Shown piece by piece: positions 50,408 to 61,797 of a stretch of DNA of 64,000 nucleotides. The translations under genes and the position numbers were made by a program. Below the pieces are notes generated by a model. It saw only the letters and a list, made by a program, of their open reading frames with translations, made no database searches and was not told where the DNA came from. Location: the NCBI GenBank assembly GCA_963794365.1, contig CAWCDV010000018.1, forward strand, positions 20,374-84,373, in the 5' to 3' direction. The DNA comes from an uncultured Acidobacteriaceae bacterium. GTDB taxonomy: Bacteria; Acidobacteriota; Terriglobia; Terriglobales; Acidobacteriaceae. Position 1 is the stretch's first letter; each line of letters begins with the position of its first letter.

Positions 50408-53400
50408 TTGATCAACACATTGCTGGGCAAGGTTTTCGGGACGAAGAACGAGCGGGAGATCAAGCGCTTGCAGCCTCGTGTGGAGGCTATCAACGCGCTC
50501 GAGCCGGAGATACAGAAGCTCTCCGATGAGCAACTTCGCGCCAAGACGGCGGAGTTTCGCGCCCGTATTCAGGAGCGGCTCAGCTCGATCGCCGACGAGC
50601 CGGATGCGGATACTGATTCCTGATCCCGACCGCCAGAAGGAAATCGAAGCCGAGCGCAGCGAAGTTCTCAAGGTCGTTCTCGACGAGTTGCTGGAGGAAG
50701 CGTTTGCCGTGGTCCGCGAAGCTGGACGGCGCGTGCTCAACATGCGGCACTTCGACGTGCAGTTGATCGGCGGCATGGTTCTGCACGAAGGCAAGATCGC
50801 CGAAATGAAGACCGGCGAGGGCAAAACGCTGGTCGCCACGCTTCCGGTTTATCTGAACGCGCTGAGCGGACGCGGCGTGCACGTGGTCACAGTCAACGAC
50901 TACCTGGCCAAGCGCGACTCGGAATGGATGGGCAAGCTCTACAGTTTTCTTGGCCTGACGGTGGGCGTGATCGTCCACGACCTCGATGACGAGCAGCGCC
51001 GCGCCGCCTACGCTGCGGACGTGACCTACGGCACCAACAACGAATTCGGTTTCGACTATCTGCGCGACAACATGAAGTTCGACCTGCACGATTGCGTGCA
51101 GCGCGTGCACAACTTCGCCATCGTCGACGAAGTCGATTCCATCCTGATCGACGAAGCCCGCACGCCGCTCATCATTTCGGGCGCCAGCGAGGAATCGACC
51201 GACAAGTACTACAAGGTGAATCGCATCATCCCCAAGCTCGAAAAGGGCGAGGAAATCGATACGCAGCCGGGCGAGCCCAAAATCATGACCGGGGACTATG
51301 TGGTGGACGAAAAACACCGCAACATCACGGTCAGCGACGACGGCTGGGAGAAAGTCGAGAAGCTGCTGGGGATCGGCAACATCGCCGACCCGGAAAACTG
51401 GGCGCTGAAGCATCACGTGGAGACCGCCGTCAAAGCGCACGCGCTTTACAAGAGAGACGTCGAGTACGTGGTCAAAGACGGCGAAGTGCTGATCGTGGAC
51501 GAATTCACCGGGCGCCTGATGCCGGGCCGCCGCTGGTCCGACGGGCTGCACCAGGCGATCGAAGCCAAAGAGAATGTGAAGATCGAGCGCGAGAATCAGA
51601 CGCTCGCCACCATCACGTTCCAGAATTATTTCCGCATGTACAAGAAACTGGCGGGCATGACGGGTACGGCGGAAACCGAAGCGCCGGAATTCGACAAGAT
51701 CTACCGGCTCGAAGTCATCGTCATACCGACCAATCGCACGCTGCTGCGCAAAGAGAATCCGGACATCGTCTATCGCACGGAGAAGGAAAAATATTTCGCG
51801 GCCGCCGACGAAATTCAAAGGCTGCATGAGAGCGGCCAGCCGGTGCTGGTCGGCACCACCTCGATCGAAAAATCCGAGCGCCTTTCCGACCTGCTGAATA
51901 AGAAGGGAATGAAGCAGCATGTCGTGCTGAACGCGAAGTTCCACGAGCGCGAAGCGGAGATTGTGGCGCAGGCGGGACGCAAAGGCATGGTCACCATCGC
52001 CACCAACATGGCGGGCCGCGGCACCGACATTCTGCTCGGCGGCAACCCCGAATTCATGGCCAAGCAGGAATGCGTGAAGAAGGGAATCGCGCAGCCGATC
52101 CGCGCCGCGCAAGGCAAGATCGAAGCCGATGTGGACGATCCCAACCGCACGGTTTGGTACTACGCCGGCAATGAGTACGCGGTGCCGACCGATCAATGGA
52201 ATGAGATTTTTGCGCGCTACAAAGCCGACACGGACAAGGAACATCGCGAGGTGATCGAAGCGGGCGGATTGCATATCTTCGGAACCGAACGCCACGAAGC
52301 GCGACGCATCGACAATCAGCTCCGCGGGCGCGCCGGCCGCCAGGGCGACCCGGGCTCGTCGCGTTTCTATCTCTCGCTCGAAGACGACTTGATGCGGATC
52401 TTCGCCAAGGAGTGGGTTTCGAAGCTGCTGCAACGGCTCGGCATGGAGGAAGGTGTTCCCATCGAATCGCGCATGATCACGCGCCAAATCGAAGGCGCGC
52501 AGAAAGCCGTTGAGGGCCAAAACTTCGAGGCCCGCAAACATCTGCTTGAGTATGACGACGTCATGAACAAGCAGCGCGAGGCGGTGTATGGCCTGCGCCG
52601 CCGTCTGCTGGAAGGCCTCGACCAGAAAGATCTCATCATCGAAGATTACGTCTCCGGGATTCTCGCCGACATCCTCGAACGGCACTGCCCGCCGAAAGAG
52701 CACGTCGCTAATTGGGACCTCAAAGCTCTGAAAGACGCGATCTTCACCCGCTTCGGCGTCGACATCTACGCCGAGGGCCTCAAGCCCGAGCAGATGAACC
52801 GCCAGGAACTGGGCGACGCCATCTTCGACAAACTTAAAGAGCGCTATGACGCGAAAGAGGAGCTGATCGGCGCCGAGGCTATGCGCTATCACGAGCGCAT
52901 GATCATGCTGAGCGTGATCGACGCGCAGTGGAAAGATCACCTGCTCTCGATGGACCACCTGAAAGAGGGCATCAACCTGCGCGGTTATGGCCAGCATGAT
53001 CCGCTGGTCGAGTACAAGCGCGAGTCCTTCGACATGTTCGAAGAGATGATGCAGCGCTTTCAGGAAGAGACGGTTCGCTACCTGTACCTGATGCAGATCA
53101 TGGAACGTCCGCCGGACGTGGGAGCGAGGCCGGGCGGCGGAATCATTCCAAGCGATGCGTCCGGGCAAGGGCCCGAAGCCGGCGTGCCTTCGGTCATCAC
53201 CGGCGGCCGCGGCGGCAATGGACGCCCGCCGCGCCAGGTTGCTACATCTGTGGACGAAATCGAAGAAGCCTTCCAGCGCAAGAAGAAGCGGGAACTGGAA
53301 CAGGCGCGCATGGCCGGGGCGGGCGACATGCAAGTCCAGCAGGTGGTGCGCTCGGCGGCGAAAGTTGGGCGCAACGATCCTTGTCCTTGCGGGAGCGGCA

Positions 53401-53435
53401 AGAAATATAAGAAGTGTCACGGGGCAAATTCGTAG
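50408..53435 (+). pseudogene. secA: Preprotein translocase ATPase SecA, single slip near 50600-50625
   Basis: TTG start. [28 protein letters not shown] (50408..50623), then 985-aa frame 50478..53435 with [24 protein letters not shown] and the C-terminal zinc motif [14 protein letters not shown]. Confidence 0.9.
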
Positions 53436-53440
53436 AGCAT

Positions 53441-53572
53441 TCACCGCCGAGACGCCGAGTGCGCCGAGCAATGCTTGGCTGGATCTTCAGGAGATCCGCA
53501 GCGATTCATTATTCGTTATTCATTATTTATTGCCTTCCAGATTTTTCTCGGCGCTCTCGGCGTCTCGGCGGT
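53441..53572. repeat. Mirrored hairpin of the CCGAGACGCCGAG word downstream of secA
   Basis: Left arm tcaccgccgagacgccgagtgcgccgag, right arm ctcggcgctctcggcgtctcggcggt. The centre holds the small hairpin ggatcttcaggagatcc and an AT-rich direct repeat attcattatt. Confidence 0.8.
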
Positions 53573-54145
53573 TAAACGCTTTTCGGTTGCTTGTGGAGCG
53601 CTCGAAACGTCATCTCGGTGGCTTTGCTGTGCGTGCGCCGCTTCCAGGCAAAGAACATCGGGGCGTAGGTCTGAGTGATGTAATCGCCCCGGCCGATGCC
53701 GAGCGCGCGCGCTGTGCGGTCGATCCAGCGCGGTAGTCCTTCGATCTCGCCGAAATTCCCAATCGGAGTCTCATCGAGCACGACGTGGCCGGTGCCGTCG
53801 CTCCACTCGGCGCGATACTTTTCATAGCGAAACGTGGGCGCAAAACCAAGCGCGCGCAGAATGGCGTCCATCTGCTCGCCGTTCTCGATACGCGTTTCCA
53901 GTTCAACCCGCACTTTATGGCGGCCGGCCTTGCTTTTCGCCTTGTGCGTCAGCACCCAGGTCTCGCCGTACTTGCGCAGCCGCAGCATTTCGCCCCGCTT
54001 GCGCAGCTTCTGGCCGGGCAGATCGTAGAGGGAATTCATTTCGTGGGTGGAGCGGGTGAGCTGTTTGAAGCCCGCTTGCTTCAGCGCCCGGGCTGAGCGC
54101 GGGCAGATTCTCAATCCGAAATTTGATTTCGATTTCCTTCGGCAT
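53572..54145 (-). pseudogene. CYTH-domain protein / class IV adenylate cyclase (CyaB-like), one slip near 54090
   Basis: MPKEIEIKFRIENL (ExExK signature, 53915..54145). The remainder, LRLRKYGETWVLTHK...VELETRIENGE...VVLDETPIGNFGEIE, is in 53572..54156. Confidence 0.7.
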
Positions 54146-54156
54146 CCCGAGATCAT

Positions 54157-54186
54157 AACCGCCGAGACGCCGAGGACGCCGAGAAA
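54157..54186. repeat. Single arm of the CCGAGACGCCGAG word
   Basis: aaccgccgagacgccgaggacgccgagaaa. Confidence 0.7.
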
Positions 54187-54301
54187 AGCGAATCCAGAGT
54201 TGTTGCAGCCGCTGGCAAAGTGCCGAGTTTGCGCTCGGCTTGGACGAGCGAGGGCGGCACTCGTCTCCCCTGCCTACGCATTTCTCGGCGGTAAAGACGA
54301 C

Positions 54302-55141
54302 TTAGGACTTCGGCTCGACCTCGGACTCTCGCTCCCGCCGATGGAACCAGCTCATGTGCGGCAGGTCGCGCTCCACTTTTCGCCGTTTCGCGATCAGTTC
54401 CGCCGTGATCGACACGGCAATCTCTTCCGGCGTAATTGCGCCAATATCCAGCCCGACTGGGGCGTGGACGCGATCAAATAGATGCGCGGGCAGACCTTCC
54501 TGCTGCAGCTCTTTGAAGATGGTGATGGTCTTCCGCTTCGACCCAATCATCCCGACGTAGCGCGCCGGAGTCTGCACCGCCCAGCGCAGCATGCGCATAT
54601 CGTCGCGGTGCCCGCGCGTGACGATCACGATGTACGAAGACTCGCTGGGCGCGAGCCGCGCCGCGGCCTTGTCGAAATCTTCGGCAATTACCTGCTGCGC
54701 CTCAGGGAAGCGTTCGCGATTGGCATAGGCTTCTCGATCATCCACCACCGTGATGTCGAATCCAGCGATGCGTGCAACTTTGTAAAGACTTGCTGCAACG
54801 TGACCTGCGCCGAAAATATAAAGATCTGCGGGAGGCAGAACCGGCTCCACGAAAATCTCCAGCGTTCCGCCGCAGACGAGGCCGGTGTCGTATTTCGGAT
54901 CCTGATTCAGATCGAACGTCAGGGTCCGCGGCCTCTCCGATTCCATCACTTCGCGCGCCGCCTGCCACACCTCAGCCTCGACGCATCCGCCGCCGATGGT
55001 TCCCACAATCGAGCCATCGTCGCGCACCAGCATCTTGGCGGTCTTGAACGAAGGAATCGACCCGCGCACGTTGACGATGGTCGCCACGGCTCCGCGCCGT
55101 CCGTCTTTTCGCAGGCGGACGATCTCCTCGTAGATGTCCAT
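54302..55141 (-). CDS. XdhC/CoxI-family molybdoenzyme maturation factor
   Basis: 279-aa intact ORF with ATIVNVRGSIPSFKTAKMLVRDDGSIVGTIGGGCVE and the Rossmann-like LYIFGAGHVA. Confidence 0.8.
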   Translation of the reverse strand: MDIYEEIVRLRKDGRRGAVATIVNVRGSIPSFKTAKMLVRDDGSIVGTIGGGCVEAEVWQAAREVMESERPRTLTFDLNQDPKYDTGLVCGGTLEIFVEPVLPPADLYIFGAGHVAASLYKVARIAGFDITVVDDREAYANRERFPEAQQVIAEDFDKAAARLAPSESSYIVIVTRGHRDDMRMLRWAVQTPARYVGMIGSKRKTITIFKELQQEGLPAHLFDRVHAPVGLDIGAITPEEIAVSITAELIAKRRKVERDLPHMSWFHRRERESEVEPKS

Positions 55142-55309
55142 GTATTGATTATGGTTCGCGGAACGGGGAAGGTCAAACCATAGATATCGGCGAAGCGTCG
55201 AGCTGCGCTCGACTGGACGTCCGAGGGCGGCCGTCCTCTACGCGGAGCCAATGCGGTTTGTGCTAGTTTGTAGGGTTCAATTTTGCCGCCTGCAGTTGTA
55301 GGAGTCCCC

Positions 55310-56331
55310 ATGAAAGCCGTCCGCATTCATCAGTTCGGTGGGCCGGAAGTTCTGGCCTACGAAGACGTTCCCGATCCCAAGCCGCGCAAAGACCAAGTCC
55401 TGATACGCGTGCGGGCTTGCGCTCTGAACCATCTCGACATCTGGGTGCGCAAAGGACTGCCCGGCATTAACCTGCCGCATATCCTCGGCAGCGACACGCC
55501 GGCGAGATTGTCGAAGTCGGCGAGTACATCACCGACCTCAAGCCCGGACAGCGCGTGCTGCTTGCGCCCATGCATTTCTGCAATCACTGCGCGAAGTGCG
55601 TTGCCGGCTTGCAGAATCAGTGCCGCCAGTTCACCGTGCTCGGCAACACCGTGGACGGCGGCAACTGCGAACTGATTGCGGTGCCCGCAGTGAACGTCAT
55701 TCCGATCCCCGACTCGCTCGACTTCAATGAGGCCGCCAGCGTCCCGCTGGTTTTTCTCACCGCGTGGCACATGCTTACGGGACGCGCCGCGATCCGCCCC
55801 GGGCAAACCGTGCTGGTGCTGGGCGCGAACTCAGGAGTGGGCATCGCCGCCATCCAGATCGCGAAACTGTTCCACGCGCGCGTGATCACGACCGCGGGCG
55901 ACGAGCGCAAAATGGAGCGCGCCCGCGAACTCGGCGCCGATTTCGTTATCAACCACTATCAGCAGAAGATTTCGCAGGAAGTCCGCAAGATCACAAATTT
56001 TGAGGGCGTCGACATCGTCATCGAGCACGTTGGACTGGCCACCTGGGAAGAGAGCGTGCGGTCGCTCAAGGCGGGCGGCACACTCGTCACCTGCGGCGCG
56101 ACGACAGGACCGAAAGTCGAACTCGATCTGCGCTTTCTGTTCTCGCGCCAACTGGCATTGCTGGGGTCGTACATGGGGACGATGAGCGAACTCAATGAAG
56201 TGCTCAGCCACGTGTTCGCCGGACGGCTGAAGCCCGTCATCGACCATACTTTCCCGCTGAAAGACATCCGCGCCGCTCACGAGTACATGGAGAAGAGCCA
56301 GATGTTTGGGAAGATCGTGCTGAACCCGTAG
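55310..56331 (+). pseudogene. Zinc-type MDR alcohol dehydrogenase / quinone oxidoreductase, one slip near 55495
   Basis: GGAG RBS, then MKAVRIHQFGGPEVLAYEDVPDPKP...LPHILGSD (55283..55675). Continues as AGEIVEVGE...VLVLGANSGVGIAAIQIAK...FGKIVLNP (55555..56331). Confidence 0.8.
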
Positions 56332-56336
56332 GAGCG

Positions 56337-56370
56337 TTCACCGCCGAGACGCGGAGGACGCCGAGAGAAA
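56337..56370. repeat. Single arm of the CCGAGACGCCGAG word at the left edge of the low-GC islet
   Basis: ttcaccgccgagacgcggaggacgccgagagaaa. Confidence 0.7.
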
Positions 56371-56393
56371 CCAGGAGTGTAAGATCAAGATGT

Positions 56394-56591
56394 ATGGAGG
56401 AAATCCTGAAGCGAAATGAGCGGCGATTTGTCGTCTGTGTGAAAAACAAAGATTATGCCGCATCGCTTGAGTTGCGGAAGCTCTACCAAATGGTCTCTGA
56501 TGAGGCGGCGGCAAATCTCCACCAGATTCGCGTGATTGATGAGTCGGGTGAGGACTATCTTTATCCTGAAGAATATTTCGTCGCTGTTTGA
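56394..56591 (+). CDS. Small conserved hypothetical protein (65 aa)
   Basis: MEEILKRNERRFVVCVKNKDYAASLELRKLYQMVSDEAAANLHQIRVIDESGEDYLYPEEYFVAV. The ...RVIDESGEDYLYP..YF ending is one I recall from small uncharacterised proteins in several phyla. Low GC. Confidence 0.55.
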   Translation: MEEILKRNERRFVVCVKNKDYAASLELRKLYQMVSDEAAANLHQIRVIDESGEDYLYPEEYFVAV

Positions 56592-56663
56592 CTCCACTGG
56601 TCGGCGGAAAAAGCAGCTGTACTCGCAACCAATCTCAGAATCTGACGAGCCCAGAATTGCGAC

Positions 56664-57533
56664 TTAAGGTTTCTGAAATCTACCCCGCAATACCTCAATT
56701 AGTCTGTCCAATCTCGCGTCGTCTGCTGGCTGGCGTGAAGTGAACTTAATCAGGCCGAGAATGTAGCTCGAGCCGGTTATGCTTGGATCTCTTTCTGTAT
56801 TAAGAAAACGGATAATCGCCAGCACACCAACTACCCGGGGATCGACCCATCCCGTCTCATATTTCGATATCCTGCTGCGAAATTGTTCGGCGACCGACCT
56901 CGCGAAATCGGTGGGAGAGATTGCCAATGCAACTGGCTGTATCCGACTATCCAAGTCGAACACTTTCTCCACGGCCACTGCCACTATTCCTCGGTCAGAT
57001 GAACTAGTAAGCTTGGCGCTAAGCTGCGTATATGCCTTCTCAATGTTGTGTTCAAGTCTATTACTCTGGGAAGGTCGTTTGCACTCGATCAAGTAGGCGT
57101 GGTTCTCGAACTGGAATTTAACATCGTCGAAGTCAAGAAGCTGTAGTCCCGCAGAGGATAGATTGGCAGCTAGTTCAAACTCGACGAATTTGTTTCGCGG
57201 ATCGCTGGAACTTGGTTCCTCTTTGGAGATCGCAAGAGGCCCCTTGAGAATATCTACGAGGGCACCACGTGGCAGTAAATTGGACGGAAGTTTCGACATT
57301 TCAGCCGCGATTAGCCCAAAACCCGCGCCGTCGCTCAAAGCGTAGTATGTGTCTTCGGGGCTAGCACCCACTCCAAGTGGCCCGTCCCCAGCTGTTACGG
57401 AATTTAGAAGTCCATAGATGTGTGCAATTATGTGTGCGAGGCGTGTATTAGCAGTCGGGATACCAGTCGCTTCGAGCCAGTCACGAGCACGCAGAGCATC
57501 AACGTAGATTTGTCCAGGAGTCCGAAAGTGCAT
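56664..57533 (-). CDS. Orphan hypothetical protein with a PD-(D/E)xK-like nuclease core
   Basis: 289-aa intact ORF at about 48-55% GC on lines I counted, against about 65% in the flanks. Residues near 115-165 read RNKFVEFELAANLSSAGLQLLDFDDVKFQFENHAYLIECKRPSQ, that is E ... D ... E-x-K with the hydrophobic spacing of restriction-endonuclease-fold proteins. No partner gene in the same orientation. Confidence 0.5.
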   Translation of the reverse strand: MHFRTPGQIYVDALRARDWLEATGIPTANTRLAHIIAHIYGLLNSVTAGDGPLGVGASPEDTYYALSDGAGFGLIAAEMSKLPSNLLPRGALVDILKGPLAISKEEPSSSDPRNKFVEFELAANLSSAGLQLLDFDDVKFQFENHAYLIECKRPSQSNRLEHNIEKAYTQLSAKLTSSSDRGIVAVAVEKVFDLDSRIQPVALAISPTDFARSVAEQFRSRISKYETGWVDPRVVGVLAIIRFLNTERDPSITGSSYILGLIKFTSRQPADDARLDRLIEVLRGRFQKP

Positions 57534-57585
57534 CTCTGTCCTTGTTCGCCGGCAAACTCGACCGCCTTACTTCCACCAACTCGAT

Positions 57586-57615
57586 TTGGAACCTGCTGCC
57601 GCCTACAGGTAGAAT
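57586..57615 (+). promoter_or_regulatory. Sigma-70 type promoter candidate giving a nearly leaderless nuoB transcript
   Basis: TTGGAA-N18-TAGAAT, with the -10 box ending 9 nt before the ATG at 57625. No Shine-Dalgarno sequence is present. Confidence 0.45.
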
Positions 57616-57624
57616 AGCAACATC

Positions 57625-58206
57625 ATGGCCCCAGAACTCAGCTTTGGCCCCTACATTGACATTGAAAACGGCAAGAGAGTGGTTAAGGAACTCGTCTTCG
57701 GAGACGGCGTGCCCGAAGGCATCGTCATGACCACGCTTGCCTCGCTTGACTGGGCCGTCAACTGGTCGCGCAAGAGTTCGATCTGGCCGATGACGTTCGG
57801 GCTCGCCTGCTGCGCCATTGAAATGATGTCGATGGGCGCATCGCGCTTCGATATCTCGCGCTTCGGAGCCGAAGTGTTCCGGCCGTCGCCTCGGCAGTCG
57901 GACCTGATGATCATCGCCGGCCGCGTCTCGAACAAAATGGCTCCCGTAATTCGCCAGCTCTGGGAGCAGATGCCGGAACCGAAGTGGGTCATTTCGATGG
58001 GAGCGTGCGCAACCTCGGGTGGCGTTTTTAACAATTACGCGCTGGTGCAGAGCGTAAACCAGGTCATTCCCGTGGATATCTATGTCCCCGGCTGCCCTCC
58101 GCGCCCCGAGCAGTTGATTTATGCGATCACGCTGTTGCAGCAAAAAATCATGACCGAACGCGGCACGATGAAGAAAGCGTTGAATCTCGTGCCGAGCGGC
58201 GAGTAG
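57625..58206 (+). CDS. nuoB: NADH-quinone oxidoreductase subunit B homologue, solitary
   Basis: 193-aa intact ORF with cluster N2 ligand pattern GLACCAIEM ... [10 protein letters not shown] ... VPGCPPRPE. No nuoA, nuoC or nuoD lies next to it. Confidence 0.85.
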   Translation: MAPELSFGPYIDIENGKRVVKELVFGDGVPEGIVMTTLASLDWAVNWSRKSSIWPMTFGLACCAIEMMSMGASRFDISRFGAEVFRPSPRQSDLMIIAGRVSNKMAPVIRQLWEQMPEPKWVISMGACATSGGVFNNYALVQSVNQVIPVDIYVPGCPPRPEQLIYAITLLQQKIMTERGTMKKALNLVPSGE

Positions 58207-58317
58207 GGCGAGTAGGGAAAGATCGGGTCATCTGGTGATCGGGTCATCGGGCGATCGAAGATCAAAAGCCTTTGACTTTCGATCACCCGATGGCCCGATG
58301 ATCCGATCACCCGATGT
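58201..58317. repeat. Mirrored tandem-repeat hairpin of the GATCGGGTSATC word
   Basis: gagtagggcgagtaggg, then left arm gatcgggtcatctggtgatcgggtcatcgggcgatcgaag and right arm ctttcgatcacccgatggcccgatgatccgatcacccgatg. Confidence 0.8.
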
Positions 58318-58571
58318 GTCCCCGAAGCCCGTTTCTGGATAGTTTCCGGTTTGCCGACGATATCCGGGAGTGATCGTGTGGTGGCTCGAACCGAGATTCC
58401 GAGCGGCCACTCTGCGGGGGCGGGATTCAAATCCGCGATACAGAGTTAGACGCGCAACCGTAAAAATCTTTTGACACATTGAGGCGTGATTGCTATCACT
58501 GCGCCGCGTTACACGACCCTTTAAACTCTCGGGTGATTACAAATCACTTTGGAGAGTCGGGAATTGGGCGA

Positions 58572-59721
<1,150 letters not shown>

Positions 59722-60181
59722 ATGGAAACCCTTGAGCGCATCATCGCCGAACATCCTTTCTTCGCCGGTCTCGAGTCGTATTACACCAGCCTGCTGACGG
59801 GCTGTGCCTCCAATGTGCGATTTAACGCGGGCACCTACATCTTCAAGGAAGGCGAGGAGGCCAATGAGTTCTACCTGATTCGCGCGGCAAGGTGGCGGTG
59901 GAGATCTTTGCGCCGCAGCGCAAGCCGATCGTGGTGGCGACCCTGGGCGAGGGAGAGATTCTGGGCTGGTCGTGGCTGTTGCCGCCCTACCAGTGGAAGT
60001 TCCACGCGCACGCCGTCGGAAAGTGCGTGCGATTGCCCTCGACGGCAAGTGCCTGCGCACGAAATGCGAGGAGAACCACGATCTCGGTTATGAGATGTTG
60101 AAGCGCTTCGCCCGGATCATGGAGCAGCGGCTGGAGGCGACGCGTCTGCAGTTGCTCGACGTTTATGCAGTGGGGCGATGA
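59722..60181 (+). pseudogene. Cyclic-nucleotide-binding domain module, in frame with the preceding 4Fe-4S subunit as assembled; 2 slips
   Basis: [53 protein letters not shown], then [44 protein letters not shown] (59892..60101), then [44 protein letters not shown] (59972..60181). Confidence 0.7.
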
Positions 60182-60215
60182 CTGCACGCCGCCGACAGCC
60201 GTTAAGACCGATCCC

Positions 60216-61022
60216 ATGCTCCCGCAGCCGTACGCCGTGCGGCAAGTAGTGAAGGAGACTGCCGATACTTTTACCCTGACGTTGGAACCGCCGAACGGAG
60301 CGGATGGGAACCGGTTCCAGCCGGGGCAGTTCAGCATGCTGTGGGTATTTGGCGTCGGCGAGTTGCCCATTTCGATCAGCGGCGACCCGGCGGAGCGCGA
60401 CCGGCTGGTGTACACGGTGCGCTCTGTGGGTCAGGCCACCCAGGCGCTGGTGAGCCGTGAAGTAGGCGAAGAGGTTGGGGTCCGAGGTCCATTTGGGACG
60501 GGATGGCCGGTGGAGAAGGCCGAGGGCCGGGACGTTGTGGTGGTGGCGGGCGGAATCGGATTGGCCCCGCTTCGCCCCGTGATCTACGAGGTTCTGGATA
60601 ACCGCGAAAAGTATGGGCGGCTGGTGGTTCTTTACGGCGCGCGCAGTCCCCGCGACCTGCTGTACCGTAAGGAACTGGCCGCCTGGGCCCGCCAGCCCGA
60701 GACGCAGGTGCTGGTGACCGTTGACTACGGCGGATTGAGCTGGCACGGCCACGTGGGCGTGGTTACGACGTTGTTCAAGTATGCGCGGCTGCAGCCGGCG
60801 CGTTCGGTGGCCATGGCCTGCGGACCCGAGATCATGATGCGTTTTGTGGCGCGCGATCTGGAAACAATGGGACTGGCGCGCGAGGACATTTATCTCTCCA
60901 TGGAGCGAAACATGAAGTGCGCCGTCGGTTTCTGCGGACATTGCCAGTACGGCCCGCACTTCATCTGCAAGGACGGCCGGTTTTTCCCTACGCCGGATGC
61001 GGCCGCTACTGGAGAAATATGA
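60216..61022 (+). CDS. FAD/NAD(P)-binding oxidoreductase subunit (HydG / AsrB-like)
   Basis: Within intact ORF 60165..61022. [39 protein letters not shown], and the 2Fe-2S motif [10 protein letters not shown]. The start is either 60216 or 60165. Confidence 0.8.
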   Translation: MLPQPYAVRQVVKETADTFTLTLEPPNGADGNRFQPGQFSMLWVFGVGELPISISGDPAERDRLVYTVRSVGQATQALVSREVGEEVGVRGPFGTGWPVEKAEGRDVVVVAGGIGLAPLRPVIYEVLDNREKYGRLVVLYGARSPRDLLYRKELAAWARQPETQVLVTVDYGGLSWHGHVGVVTTLFKYARLQPARSVAMACGPEIMMRFVARDLETMGLAREDIYLSMERNMKCAVGFCGHCQYGPHFICKDGRFFPTPDAAATGEI

Positions 61023-61792
61023 GCTCTAAAGTCAGACCAAGCCACGGATCGCGAGTCTTCAAGTTTGCCTCCTGCGACGGCTGCCAGTTGAGCCTGCTCG
61101 ACGCCGAGGATGAACTGCTGGGCGTCGCGGGAGCGGTGGACATTGCCTACTTTCCCGAAGCCTCCCGGGCCATGGTGAAGGGGCCCTACGACATCGGTCT
61201 GGTGGAAGGATCGGTCACCACGCACCACGATGCCGAGCGCATCCAGGAGGTGCGCCGGCAGTGCAAGACGCTGATCACCATCGGAGCCTGCGCGACCGCC
61301 GGCGGCATCCAGGCACTGCGCAACTGGAAGGATGTCGACGAATTCATTCGGGTCGTGTACGCCACGCCGCAATACATCAGCACGTTGAAGCTCTCGACCC
61401 CCATCGCCGAGCATGTGCCGGTGGATTTCGAATTGCGCGGATGCCCCATCAACAAGCACCAGCTGATCGAACTGATCGCGGCCACGCTGGCCGGACGCAA
61501 GCCGAATATTCCGACCTACAGCGTGTGCATGGAATGCAAGCGCAAGGGAAACGTGTGCATTGCGGTCGCGCAGGGAGTCGCCTGCCTGGGACCGGTGACC
61601 CAGGCGGGCTGCGGCGCGTTGTGCCCGAGCTTTGACCGCGGCTGCTACGGCTGCTACGGGCCGATGGAGAGCCCGAACACGGATCCTCAGCAATCAGTTC
61701 CGCATTCTGGGCCAGAACAACGCGGAGATCCCGCGCCTTCCGCAGCTTCAATGCCTGGGCCTGGCAGTTCCGCAAGGCAGCGAGGAGAGTGA
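61019..61792 (+). pseudogene. NiFe hydrogenase small subunit (HydD-like, no Tat signal); frame of the last 40 codons uncertain
   Basis: ATGA overlap with the upstream stop. [43 protein letters not shown] and [19 protein letters not shown] are in 60917..61792. The expected tail [14 protein letters not shown] is in the 61632..61880 frame. Confidence 0.8.
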
Positions 61793-61797
61793 GCGGC

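Noticed and set aside
50580-53471. 963-aa ORF on the minus strand
   Set aside because: It is exactly antisense to secA, with low-complexity R/A/H-rich translation. secA on the plus strand explains the region.
58405-58445. tRNA-like T-arm string gcgggattcaaatccgcg
   Set aside because: No acceptor stem, D-arm or anticodon arm can be built from the flanking 80 nt on either strand, and the stem itself does not pair canonically.
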